Of a stretch of 51,631 bases of DNA, positions 26,520 to 35,309 are shown piece after piece; within the stretch, counting starts at the first letter, position 1, and the number at the start of each line of letters is the position of its first letter. Source of the DNA: an uncultured Candidatus Peribacteria bacterium. GTDB taxonomy: Bacteria > Patescibacteriota > Gracilibacteria > Peribacterales > Peribacteraceae. The translations under genes and the position numbers were made by a program. The stretch spans positions 1 through 51,631 of the forward strand of contig CAZFCB010000002.1 in NCBI GenBank assembly GCA_964517585.1, in the 5' to 3' direction. The notes below the pieces were generated by a model. The model saw nothing but the letters and a program-made list of their open reading frames with translations, was not told the origin of the DNA and made no database searches.

Positions 26520-27602
26520 TTACCCCTGGAACGGAAGTACGTCCAGAATGATGTCCGCAACGTTGGCAGCAGCGTCCGTTGGCAGTGCTTTGGAGAGCGC
26601 TTCACCCATTGCTATGCGTCGTGGCTCATCTGAAAGAAGCCGCCCTACGACATGCGCGAGATCTGACAGATGATCCTGCGAAAGAAATTCCACTGCTTGT
26701 CGTGCGGCCAAGAATTCAGCGTTACGAATTTGGTGATCGTGTGCCACTCCTGGAAGTGGGACGACGACGGTTGCTTTTTTGAGAGCAGCAAGTTCAGACA
26801 GGACGCCAGCTCCGGCGCGAGTAATAACGAGGTTCGCAAAGCAGTAAAGATGTGGCAGCTCATCAAGCACGGTTGTACGAGCAAAATATCTTGCATGCTT
26901 GCTGTGTATCGACTTTCCCTCTCCCGTGAGATGGATAATATCGGCGAGATCAAGAAGAGCAGTGAAGTTTTTTTCGACAGCTTCATTGATGGCCACGGAC
27001 CCCTGACTACCCCCGATGATCATGACCACTGGCCGCCGACCCGAGAATCCTGTCATACGTTGCCCTGCAGCATGAGAGCCAAGGAAAATAGATGACCGGA
27101 CAGGATTCCCTGTTTGTACGCATTTCTTCTGCAGAGAGTCAGGAAATGTTGACTCAGGAAATCCGGTGCAAATTTTAGTTGCGATGCGACCGATCAGGCG
27201 ATCACTGAGACTCGGGACGCTATCGGAGGCATGGAGAAGAATCGGCACTCTGAGAAAAAATCCTGCAATACACACTGGGACACTCACAAAACCACCTTTA
27301 CTCAAAATGAGAGCTGGTCTTTGCTGTCGGAGATGAATGCATGACTCGAGAAACGAACGTGCAAACTGTATGGGAAACAGTAGAATTCTTATGGAAAATC
27401 CTCGCGGAAATTTCCCAGCGTGAATGACGACACATTCCTGATTTGTATGTTTGAGTGCCGATATTTCATCAAGACGAGGTGAACAAAAAAAGACTGGTCG
27501 TACGAACGGATTTTTTTGCACCACCGCCTCTGCGATGGCAAGCGACGGCATGAGATGACCGCTGCTGCCTCCGCCGGAGAAAATGATCGTACGGTTCTGC
27601 AC
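26520..27602 (-). CDS. murG: UDP-N-acetylglucosamine:lipid I GlcNAc transferase
   Basis: GGGSSGHLMPSLAIAE N-terminal G-loop and IIGGSQGS in the C-terminal domain. It lies directly downstream of ftsW. Confidence 0.88.
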   Translation of the reverse strand: MQNRTIIFSGGGSSGHLMPSLAIAEAVVQKNPFVRPVFFCSPRLDEISALKHTNQECVVIHAGKFPRGFSIRILLFPIQFARSFLESCIHLRQQRPALILSKGGFVSVPVCIAGFFLRVPILLHASDSVPSLSDRLIGRIATKICTGFPESTFPDSLQKKCVQTGNPVRSSIFLGSHAAGQRMTGFSGRRPVVMIIGGSQGSVAINEAVEKNFTALLDLADIIHLTGEGKSIHSKHARYFARTTVLDELPHLYCFANLVITRAGAGVLSELAALKKATVVVPLPGVAHDHQIRNAEFLAARQAVEFLSQDHLSDLAHVVGRLLSDEPRRIAMGEALSKALPTDAAANVADIILDVLPFQG

Positions 27603-27605
27603 AGG

Positions 27606-28817
27606 TTAATGGTGGATAAACCTTCGAAGGATACTCAAGCTTTCGGTTCTATTCCGACGACGTACGGACACTGTCTCTTCTGTTGAGTGCATAGAAATAT
27701 TCAGGAGGATGCCTACACCCGCAAGTGTAGAGAGGAGTGATGACCCTCCGTAACTAATGAACGGTAATGTCAGGCCGGTAATGGGGAACAGCGAAAGATT
27801 CACGCAAATATTGAGAAGCGTCTGAAATGCGATACATGTTGTAATGCCGGTAGCAACGAGAAGTCCAAATCTGTCTGGAGCATTACGAGCAATCCTATAA
27901 CCGCGATAAACGAAGATCCCATAGAGTGAGAGAATAATGAGAAGACGGAGAAAACCAAGTTCTTCAGCCATCGCTGCAAAGATCGTGTCGGATTGAACTT
28001 CTGGAAGATAACCGAATTTCTGAATAGATTTACCATATCCAACACCAAACATGCCGCCACTCCCGATGGCGATGAGAGCTTGGTACACTTGAAAACCGAT
28101 ACCTTCACGGTACGTCATGTCGTCAGGGTGAAGAAGAACATGAAAGAAAACGGTGAAGCGATTTCGAATGTATTCTTTGTTGAGAATGATCGGAAGCCCA
28201 AGAAGGCCTGCAACACCTGCTCCAAGAAAAAGGTGAAGGATATTGCCCCCTGCAACGAAAAACATGACCGTCGCGATGACCGTAAAGACGAGAAATGATC
28301 CAAGATCCGGCTGCATCGCCACGAAAAATGTCGAGATACACAGAAGAATCACGAATGGAATAAATCCTTCCTGAAAAGTCGCGATAGAAGTTTCTTTTTT
28401 CTGAAGCCATACGGCCAGATAAAAAACGAGTGTGAGTTTCAGAAATTCAGATGGTTGGACGGAAAAGAATCCAACATGCAACCAACTTCGCGCTGTCCCG
28501 TACTGATTGCCAATACCAGGTATGAAGAGCAGCATGAGAAACCCCATATTCATGAGAAAAAGTGTGCGGGCATGACGTTGCCAGAAGTGATACGGAATGA
28601 TGCTCACAACGCCCAGCGCACCAAGAGCGACAACCACGTGAAGAAAACTCCTCCAGAGATAAAACGCATTACTCGGCGCATCCCAGCTTCCACTTTCCAC
28701 AAAACGCTGTGTTAACTGATAACTCTGAAACACGGAGACACTCGCAACCATGGCAAGTCCGAAGAGGGACAAGCCGAGTGCAATGCCAAGAAGGAGAAAA
28801 TCTGCTCTCCGGAACAT
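27606..28817 (-). CDS. ftsW: SEDS-family peptidoglycan polymerase (FtsW/RodA)
   Basis: Polytopic membrane protein with SEDS motifs (VQPSEFLKLTLVFYLA, PEVQSDTIFAAMAEELGF, LPFISYGGSS). Confidence 0.88.
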   Translation of the reverse strand: MFRRADFLLLGIALGLSLFGLAMVASVSVFQSYQLTQRFVESGSWDAPSNAFYLWRSFLHVVVALGALGVVSIIPYHFWQRHARTLFLMNMGFLMLLFIPGIGNQYGTARSWLHVGFFSVQPSEFLKLTLVFYLAVWLQKKETSIATFQEGFIPFVILLCISTFFVAMQPDLGSFLVFTVIATVMFFVAGGNILHLFLGAGVAGLLGLPIILNKEYIRNRFTVFFHVLLHPDDMTYREGIGFQVYQALIAIGSGGMFGVGYGKSIQKFGYLPEVQSDTIFAAMAEELGFLRLLIILSLYGIFVYRGYRIARNAPDRFGLLVATGITTCIAFQTLLNICVNLSLFPITGLTLPFISYGGSSLLSTLAGVGILLNISMHSTEETVSVRRRNRTESLSILRRFIHH

Positions 28818-29319
28818 GGATATTCATCATACTCTGCGAATCGAGGGAGGGGAGGGGGCTTCCGTAAGAATCTCTTGCTACACTTGCCGTGTGATTCTCT
28901 TTCTTAGTTCCATCACGTCATTGGCAGTAGCGCTTCTCATATCATGGGTAGCCTCAGGCATCGTTCGTCCCATTGTTCTTATTCCTGGGTTTTTGACATT
29001 ACAATTATCGAAGAATCCTGGCATAGCATTCTCCATCAACATTCCTTCTCCATGGGAGGAAATTCTTATTCTGTCCGCACTCGGAGCTGTGTGTGTCATG
29101 GCAATTCGATCAACATCACACTGTTTTGGATCCATTGCTTTCGGACTTATTATTGGCGGAGCAATTGCAAATCTCATTGATAGATTTCCTGACGGGCTCG
29201 TGACTGATTACGTCGCCATAGGAACATTCCCTGTTTTCAATGCTGCAGATACCTGTATTACAATCGGAGCAACCTTCTTACTTCTTGAGGCATACGTACA
29301 ACGTCCGCAGAAGCCTTGA
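28816..29319 (+). CDS. lspA: Lipoprotein signal peptidase II; start uncertain
   Basis: LspA motifs NPGIAFS, GGAIANLIDR and FPVFNAADTCITIG. An alternative GTG start near 28891 (VILFLSSITS) would give a more typical length. Confidence 0.82.
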   Translation: MDIHHTLRIEGGEGASVRISCYTCRVILFLSSITSLAVALLISWVASGIVRPIVLIPGFLTLQLSKNPGIAFSINIPSPWEEILILSALGAVCVMAIRSTSHCFGSIAFGLIIGGAIANLIDRFPDGLVTDYVAIGTFPVFNAADTCITIGATFLLLEAYVQRPQKP

Positions 29320-29450
29320 AAATGGCTATTTCCTGAAAAAGTGGTTATACGCTACACTCACCCAGCATGAGAACCCGCCCGAAGAGAGATATTGTACCAA
29401 CGGCAAGTACATCGGCGCTGAGGACGCCTAAAAGCATTATACGTGATGTC

Positions 29451-30743
29451 ATGGAAATGCGCGCCCCCTCAGATACCATCAATGTCCAGTATCGAATACA
29501 GGGTGGACATCCTCTCGCTGGCACTATCGATATTAGCGGCTCGAAGAACGCTGCACTCCCACTGATAGCAGGTGCGGCAATATGCAAAGGAACATCTGTC
29601 TTCACAAACGTCCCACGCCTCAGCGATATTGACACACTCCTCAAAATTTTTACATTCCTCGGTGCGTCTGTGACAGTAGAAGGAACCACGGTCACGATCG
29701 GAACGGACACACTTATGAATAGACCAATTCCTCATGATCTTGTCAGCAAGCTCCGTGGGTCCATCGTACTTCTCGGTCCGCTCCTTGCGCGATTTGGCGA
29801 AGCAGAAATGGCGTACCCTGGCGGATGCGTTCTCGGTAAGAGGCCGGTAGGAGCACACATCGAAGCATTCCAGCAGATGGGCATCGAGGACTTGAGTACG
29901 GATGCAAAACTACATCTGAAAGGAGTGCCAAAGGCCGGACACGTCGTTCTTCCTGAATTCTCTGTTACTGCTACGGAGAACGTCGTACTTGCTGCGGCAA
30001 TTACAGAAGGAAAAACAACCATTGAACTTGCTGCAGCAGAACCGCATGTCCAAGATGTCTGCGCGTTCCTCGTCCATCGTGGTATTGCCATTGATGGTAT
30101 GGGTTCTCATACCATTACGGTGCACGGCAAGAAAGGACTACTCGTAGGAAAAACTCATGCTGTCATCCCAGACTATTTGGAAGCAGGAGTATTTTTACTC
30201 GCGGGAATTTTGACGAAGGGAAAGGTGACAATTCGCGGCGCAGAAATTTCCCATCTGACGTCATTCCTCGGTGCGCTGCGTCGTGCAGGAGCATCGTTCG
30301 TTATTTCAGATAGTGGCGAGATTACAGTGGACGGTGCTGCCTCAAAACTGAAGTCCACTCGTATTCAAACAAATATTTTCCCAGGATTCCCCACAGATCT
30401 TCAGGCGCCGTTTGGCGTTCTGCTTACACAGGCAGAAGGAGTGAGTAGAATTTTCGAAGTGCTCTTCGAGGGACGCATGGCATATCTCTATGAACTCGAG
30501 AAAATGGGTGCTCAGATTGAAATCCTCAACTCACATCAGGCTCTCGTCATCGGCCCGACCGAGCTCCGTGGCAGGCAGGCTGCAAGCAACGATATCCGCG
30601 CCGGTGCCGCGATGGTACTTGCGGGGCTCTGTGCTTCTGGTGAGACGGTCATCACGGACGTGCGATACATCGAACGAGGATACGATCGTCTGGAAGAAAA
30701 ATTGCGTTCGCTCGGAGCTGACATCGTACGAGAGGAAGCCTAA
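29451..30743 (+). CDS. murA: UDP-N-acetylglucosamine 1-carboxyvinyltransferase
   Basis: ISGSKNAALPLIAGA, an active-site region YPGGCVLGKRPVGAHIE, and a C-terminal YIERGYDRLEEKLRSLGADI. The start is set at the internal MEMRAP. Confidence 0.92.
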   Translation: MEMRAPSDTINVQYRIQGGHPLAGTIDISGSKNAALPLIAGAAICKGTSVFTNVPRLSDIDTLLKIFTFLGASVTVEGTTVTIGTDTLMNRPIPHDLVSKLRGSIVLLGPLLARFGEAEMAYPGGCVLGKRPVGAHIEAFQQMGIEDLSTDAKLHLKGVPKAGHVVLPEFSVTATENVVLAAAITEGKTTIELAAAEPHVQDVCAFLVHRGIAIDGMGSHTITVHGKKGLLVGKTHAVIPDYLEAGVFLLAGILTKGKVTIRGAEISHLTSFLGALRRAGASFVISDSGEITVDGAASKLKSTRIQTNIFPGFPTDLQAPFGVLLTQAEGVSRIFEVLFEGRMAYLYELEKMGAQIEILNSHQALVIGPTELRGRQAASNDIRAGAAMVLAGLCASGETVITDVRYIERGYDRLEEKLRSLGADIVREEA

Positions 30744-30894
30744 CGGTTCGAGACGCCTGCGAGGCTCCTCACCGTGGCATTTTGTCACATGTCATACTGA
30801 GGAGCGCGAACATTAGTGAGTGCGTCCCGAAGTATGGTCTCTTGGGGGCATATCGACACTTCCTCACGAATACGTTTTTCTCTATACTCTTTAC

Positions 30895-31425
30895 ATGATC
30901 ACGTTTTCCTCATCTGATGACTCCGCTTGCTCGGTTCAAACGAGCTCAGCAAAGTTTGATGTATTTCCAACGAAAGTGCCGAAGGACTCATGGTGTCTTC
31001 TGAGTCATCCTGAGGAAGAATTGGTGAACAAAAAAGCTATAAGCTGGCCTGGCGAGTACGACTTTGAAGGCGTCACTGTTCGCGCAATAGGTCAGGAGGA
31101 AGGTAAGCAGGTTTCGTACGCATGCCATACCGAGAACGTGCGCTTCGCATTTGTGGATGCGCCTATTCTCGATTGGACAGATACAGAGATTGAAAAGCTT
31201 GGTGATGTGGCTGTGCTCGTTATCGCAGCGGACAATCCGAAGAAAATCACTGCACTCGTAGAAGCTGTAGATCCTCGAGTCATTATTCTTTTCAACGTGA
31301 AAGACGGTGATCTCGTAGGAAGTGCAAAAGCATGTGGTGCTTCCGCACCTGAAACTGTGTCTGAGTACAAAGTAAAAACGAGCTCACTGCCGCAGGATTC
31401 ACGTCACGTTGTCGTTCTGAAGTAA
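30895..31425 (+). CDS. Hypothetical protein
   Basis: 176 aa from MITFSSSDD. Weak resemblance to the C-terminal half of metal-dependent hydrolase-like proteins (VAVLVIAADNPKKITALVEAVDPRVIILF). Not assignable. Confidence 0.5.
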   Translation: MITFSSSDDSACSVQTSSAKFDVFPTKVPKDSWCLLSHPEEELVNKKAISWPGEYDFEGVTVRAIGQEEGKQVSYACHTENVRFAFVDAPILDWTDTEIEKLGDVAVLVIAADNPKKITALVEAVDPRVIILFNVKDGDLVGSAKACGASAPETVSEYKVKTSSLPQDSRHVVVLK

Positions 31426-31598
31426 ATCTATCCTCAATGCTGTATTGTACGGGTCGTTTTGTGGTCCCATAGTTCCCACCTGCGCTCACGAGCTTCGGTG
31501 GGCAAGCAATGGACCCATCTCTGCTCCTTCACTTCGCCTCGAAACTACGGTAAGGACACATAGAACACCCTATCCGCCGTAGTCATTCCTCGTTACAT

Positions 31599-31673
31599 GC
31601 TCTTGTAGTTCAATGGATAGAACGACCCTCTCCTAAGGGGTAAATGCAGGTTCGACTCCCGCCGAGAGCACCA
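31599..31673 (+). tRNA. tRNA-Arg (anticodon CCT), CCA encoded
   Basis: GCTCTTG-TA-GTTC-AATGGATA-GAAC-G-ACCCT-CTCCTAA-GGGGT-AAAT-GCAGG-TTCGACT-CCCGC-CGAGAGC-A-CCA. The acceptor stem has one T-G pair and the T-stem has one A-C mismatch. Confidence 0.85.
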
Positions 31674-31802
31674 TTCGACTCGCTACGCTCGCTCATGGTC
31701 CTCCGCTTCGCTACGGGCCTTTTTTATATACAAAGAGGCGATTGACGGCAATCGAAGTCGCAGCGGAGTCGAACTGCCCATCAACTTTGAATCCTTGAAC
31801 TT

Positions 31803-32348
31803 TTAGAGAGAAACCCAAAATAAAAGTTTCTTCGGGAGCTTTTGCCCCATGTTGGTCGAGCCTTCCAATTTTCCACCATTGGCTTCAATGATTTTTCGTG
31901 AACCAGTATTTGTCTCATCACAAGTGATACGCACCTGAGTAATACCTAATTCCTTCGCTTTTTCTAATCCCATCCTCAGTATTTTTTTGCCATAACCTTT
32001 CTTCCGTTCTGAAGGACGAATCCAATAGCCAATATGGCCACCGACAGTCCGTAAATGCTCAGTAAGTTCATGCCGAATAGTTGTTTCCCCTATGAACATG
32101 TCCCCATCAATGAGCCAGTACGTCGTTGCTGGAATCCAGTTTGGTGGAAGTCGTTCTCCTTTTGCGTGGCAGAGTCGAATGTCTATGTACTCCGAAATGC
32201 TTTTTGGTGAACCAACTTCTTCCCAAAATCCGATTCCTTCGGCTTGTCGCATTTCTTCAACTGCTTCGGAGAAACTGTTTTCGTAGGCCATCGCAGGCAA
32301 AATCAACTGCACCTCTGCATTGTAGCATTCTGCAATTCGCGAAGGCAT
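31803..32348 (-). CDS. GNAT-family N-acetyltransferase
   Basis: Acetyl-CoA-binding core IGYWIRPSERKKGYGKKILRMGLEKAKELGITQVRITCDETNTGSRKIIEANGGKLEG. The start is set at the internal MPSRIAE. Confidence 0.82.
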   Translation of the reverse strand: MPSRIAECYNAEVQLILPAMAYENSFSEAVEEMRQAEGIGFWEEVGSPKSISEYIDIRLCHAKGERLPPNWIPATTYWLIDGDMFIGETTIRHELTEHLRTVGGHIGYWIRPSERKKGYGKKILRMGLEKAKELGITQVRITCDETNTGSRKIIEANGGKLEGSTNMGQKLPKKLLFWVSL

Positions 32349-32408
32349 TTTTGGCCTCGGTACAACAATAACTAACGTAAAAAACAAATAGGAATACTCT
32401 GGCTACCA

Positions 32409-32774
32409 TCAAGCTTCCACAAACGCTTTAAATCCTCCATACGAAAGGCGCTTCATGTCGAAAGGCATTGGCCTATCTTTGTACTGACTAGGTTGCATCG
32501 CGGGATCAGCCATCACCTTCTTATTCACAGCATCACGGTGCTTGCGAGACTTAAAGACGATGAAAGAGAAAAAGACGACCTCATCTGGCTTTGCCTTTGC
32601 TGCTTTTGGAAATGTAAACGTCACACCTTCTGGCGTCATATCATCAGCCATCGCCTCCACGTATTCGAGCGCTCCGTACCTCTTCCACGTCTTCGCACCC
32701 AATTGAGCCATCTTTCTATATTCTTTCAGCTGGTTCTTTTTCACACAGAGGATGAATCCATCAACGTAGCGCAT
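32409..32774 (-). CDS. DUF1428 (YbaA-like) protein
   Basis: End-to-end resemblance to the E. coli YbaA pattern: MRYVDGFILCV...YGALEYVEAMADD...EVVFFSFIVFKSRKHRDAVNKKVMADP...PFDMKRLSYGGFKAFVEA. Confidence 0.8.
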   Translation of the reverse strand: MRYVDGFILCVKKNQLKEYRKMAQLGAKTWKRYGALEYVEAMADDMTPEGVTFTFPKAAKAKPDEVVFFSFIVFKSRKHRDAVNKKVMADPAMQPSQYKDRPMPFDMKRLSYGGFKAFVEA

Positions 32775-32949
32775 AGCGAGTGGGAGAAATTGTTACCAAC
32801 GTCGAACAAATTATAAACAACTTACACATTTTTTGTAGTATTATTCGCTCTAACGTTGAAGCAGTTTTATCTTCGGTAAGATGAAAGCTGAGGTAAAATA
32901 TGCAGGAATACTCTGATGAGCACGAAATAATGTTAGACCGAGATACGAT

Positions 32950-33135
32950 CTACGCTGCATCAAATCTGGCCTTATTGTCGACCATCCACTTCTGACGATA
33001 CTCTTCTGTGTGGCTCGGATCTTTCATGAAATCCGCATGAGCCTCCATGTAATGCGGCATGAGAGCCATCATCCATACTTCAAATGTCTCGCCTTGCGCA
33101 GTTGCGTCACACAGATCGCACTTGAGGGTTTTCAT
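32950..33135 (-). CDS. Small Cys/His protein, tentatively DUF1059-like
   Basis: 61 aa from MKTLKCDLCDATAQGETFEVWMMALMPHYMEAHADF. The longer track ORF overlaps the upstream gene, so the internal start was chosen. Confidence 0.45.
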   Translation of the reverse strand: MKTLKCDLCDATAQGETFEVWMMALMPHYMEAHADFMKDPSHTEEYRQKWMVDNKARFDAA

Positions 33136-33163
33136 AGGTGACAGAGAAAGGGCAAAAATTCGC

Positions 33164-33607
33164 CTAGAGAAAACGGTACACACCGTACGTAGAAAAACCA
33201 AAGAGTAAAAATTGAAAAAAGAGGTAGATGGTTTCCAGCGCAAGAAATGAAACATGTCGCGATTCAGCATGTTTTGCCATCGCCGCGAGGACATGCGAGC
33301 TCCAGAAAAATATTCCAGAGAGAAGCACAAAGATCATCGTCGACAAAAGTGACGACTGATACTGTGGAAGAAACGAAAGCCCTAGTGAAAGAGTAGCGCC
33401 TTGGATCACCATCGACAGTAAGCCGAGTAATGGTTTTGGATTGTCGCCAAAATAGTTCCATTTTTGATAGAGGGGTTTAAAGAGCACCATGTGCCACACG
33501 AGTGCGTACGGAAATGTCACAAGACAGTAAGCAAGTGTACTGAGAATAATGAATTGCATTGGCGTACTGTATCTCGAGTGCCATACATCAACAAAAACTT
33601 GTTGCAC
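33164..33607 (-). CDS. Hypothetical integral membrane protein (about 4 TM helices)
   Basis: 147 aa with hydrophobic segments (FIILSTLAYCLVTFPYALVW, LLGLLSMVIQGATLSLGLSF, MIFVLLSGIFFWSSHVLAA, IYLFFQFLLFGFSTYGVY). Confidence 0.6.
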   Translation of the reverse strand: MQQVFVDVWHSRYSTPMQFIILSTLAYCLVTFPYALVWHMVLFKPLYQKWNYFGDNPKPLLGLLSMVIQGATLSLGLSFLPQYQSSLLSTMIFVLLSGIFFWSSHVLAAMAKHAESRHVSFLALETIYLFFQFLLFGFSTYGVYRFL

Positions 33608-33705
33608 CTCGCCTTCGCTTGGCTACTAGGATGATGACTCCTGACATTCGGGCATTGCTCTCGTAGAAGCCGAAAGACCATCGGCATCAGCATGTTGACA
33701 TAATA

Positions 33706-33733
33706 TTGATTTTAGTATGTATTAGCGTATAAT
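33706..33733 (+). promoter_or_regulatory. Sigma-70-like promoter candidate for the 33835 gene
   Basis: TTGATT (33706-33711), a 16-nt spacer, then TATAAT (33728-33733), about 100 nt upstream of the ATG. The leader ends in a hairpin, GCCCCT 33809-33814 / AGGGGC 33826-33831, that overlaps the purine-rich SD-like AAAGGGG. Confidence 0.35.
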
Positions 33734-33834
33734 ACTTGGGTTGCAGACCCTCGTTGGGTTTGTAGCACGCTCATTGGAAAGCGCTCGATTCTTTTGTTTC
33801 ACCTCAGTGCCCCTAAAGGGCAGAAAGGGGCATT

Positions 33835-34527
33835 ATGTCCCCCTCATTTTTGCGCGCCTTTGCCGCATGCGTTGTTCTTTCTGTGTTCGTAGCTCCGTGC
33901 GTTGCGGAGGATGAAGACTTTTCACGGCTGGATGAGAGCCGGTGGTCAATTCGTTATCCCGGCCCGGGTGCAGCAACCCAACTTCTTCAGAAAGAGTTTG
34001 TTCTCCTGAACCGTCCTTACTTGCTGAGCAAGCAGGAGTGGCCAGGAGGGGAGATCTCTTTCCAATGGAAGCCGTCTGTGTTGGTCAAAGGAGATGACGA
34101 CCGTACCTACGGCGATCACATCGCCGTCCTCTTTTTTTCGGACGGATCAATCCGAGAAGTGAGATCCTACGAACCCCTCACAGGGATCGTGGTTCGGATC
34201 GATTCGGTGACCGGCGATTGCTATATCCAGCAAGCGATCAACGGTCCCGAGTTGTTCGAGAACCTTATACATTTCAAAGGTGTCGAGCCCATCGATCCCG
34301 AAGCTTGGCACACCGTCAAAGTAACGTGTGGCGGCAAAACTGTTGCCGTCGACCTGGACGGAAAGCCTGTCGCCAAAGCGGAGCTCCCAGCTAACGCCAG
34401 AAAGGGCAAAATGTGGGGACTCTACAACCGCGAGGCCGTCGGACCGGGACAACGAATGTCTCTCATCCGAAGCCTGAGCTGGACGACCAAGGGCTCAAAA
34501 GCTGAACTGTTGAATATAGACCCTTGA
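33835..34527 (+). CDS. Secreted protein, possibly with a concanavalin/LamG-like (DUF1080-type) jelly-roll fold
   Basis: Signal peptide MSPSFLRAFAACVVLSVFVAPCVA. The C-terminal pattern WHTVKVTCGGKTVAVDLDGKPV is typical of DUF1080/LamG-like domains. By eye the gene is more GC-rich than its neighbours. Confidence 0.55.
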   Translation: MSPSFLRAFAACVVLSVFVAPCVAEDEDFSRLDESRWSIRYPGPGAATQLLQKEFVLLNRPYLLSKQEWPGGEISFQWKPSVLVKGDDDRTYGDHIAVLFFSDGSIREVRSYEPLTGIVVRIDSVTGDCYIQQAINGPELFENLIHFKGVEPIDPEAWHTVKVTCGGKTVAVDLDGKPVAKAELPANARKGKMWGLYNREAVGPGQRMSLIRSLSWTTKGSKAELLNIDP

Positions 34528-34625
34528 ATTTTTTTTGCTTCCAATGAGCAAATCGACCGGTGTGCAGCAATGCATGCCGGTCTTTTTTGATGCATCGATA
34601 GAGAGAGGAGTATAATCGCTCTCCT

Positions 34626-35279
34626 GTGTCTCTCCGACGTACGATCATCGGCCTGACGTTCGGTTTTGTGCTTCTGTTTTCACAAACGGCGTCAGCCGCA
34701 GAAGATGTTTCCTGTCTCCAGAAAGCGATCGATCGTCGCCAGACAGATCTTAAAGATACGTACATGGAATATTCGAAGATGATGACTGATGCCGTGACTC
34801 GGCTCACGGCAGATGAAAAGTCTGCACTAGGCCAGACTGACTCAGGTTATCGTCAGAACAGTACATCAGCTGCGCTCAGTAATTTTAGGTACGCTGTGGA
34901 TTCGAATTGGCAGCAACTATCGGCACGTTTGTTTCAAATTTGGAGTGGCTACTACCGGGAACGCTACCAGTGCGGATTTGCTCAGGTAGCACCGCCAGCG
35001 TACGGCGGTTACAACAATAATGCGAACTACGGTGTTCGTACTTATTGCACACAACCGGTATTGCAAGCGCCTCCTGCTGGCTGCAACTTCGAATGTGCAC
35101 GCGATAGTAACGGATGTGATCGGTGCCATCTCGCGTGTCGTACTCCTGTTAGTTATTCCGCCTGTGGCTGCCCCCCTCTCCTTAGCCCTGTCTGTTCGCG
35201 AGATAATCGTACGTACGATAACGCCTGCCTTGCATCATGCGATGGCAGAACGATATGGCACATCGGCGTGTGTCAGTAA
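34626..35279 (+). CDS. Secreted protein with a C-terminal Kazal-type (serine protease inhibitor-like) domain
   Basis: GTG start. Signal peptide MSLRRTIIGLTFGFVLLFSQTASA. The C-terminus CGCPPLLSPVCSRDNRTYDNACLASCDGRTIWHIGVC matches the Kazal pattern C-x-PVC-x-D-x-x-TY-x-N-x-C-x(5)-C-x(n)-G-x-C. Confidence 0.7.
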   Translation: MSLRRTIIGLTFGFVLLFSQTASAAEDVSCLQKAIDRRQTDLKDTYMEYSKMMTDAVTRLTADEKSALGQTDSGYRQNSTSAALSNFRYAVDSNWQQLSARLFQIWSGYYRERYQCGFAQVAPPAYGGYNNNANYGVRTYCTQPVLQAPPAGCNFECARDSNGCDRCHLACRTPVSYSACGCPPLLSPVCSRDNRTYDNACLASCDGRTIWHIGVCQ

Positions 35280-35309
35280 CGAATGTACCTGTGGCGTATA
35301 TTCCTTGCC

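Noticed and set aside
31426-31598. 173-nt non-coding stretch upstream of tRNA-Arg with an extended hairpin (GGTCC...CCCACC / GGTGGG...GGACC), examined as SRP RNA, 6S, tmRNA or RNase P RNA
   Set aside because: It has no GGAA/GNAR tetraloop with the SRP domain IV motif, no tRNA-like acceptor for tmRNA, and it is too short for RNase P RNA. It may simply be a tRNA leader, and there is not enough support to call an RNA gene.
31679-31718. Short motif GCCCGTAG(G)CGAAG shared between the tRNA-Arg 3' flank (minus strand, about 31706-31718) and the rnj downstream insert (48323-48336), plus the direct TCGCTACG repeat after tRNA-Arg
   Set aside because: Only 13-14 nt with an indel. This is too short to separate from chance without a genome-wide count. 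It is noted but not claimed as a repeat family.
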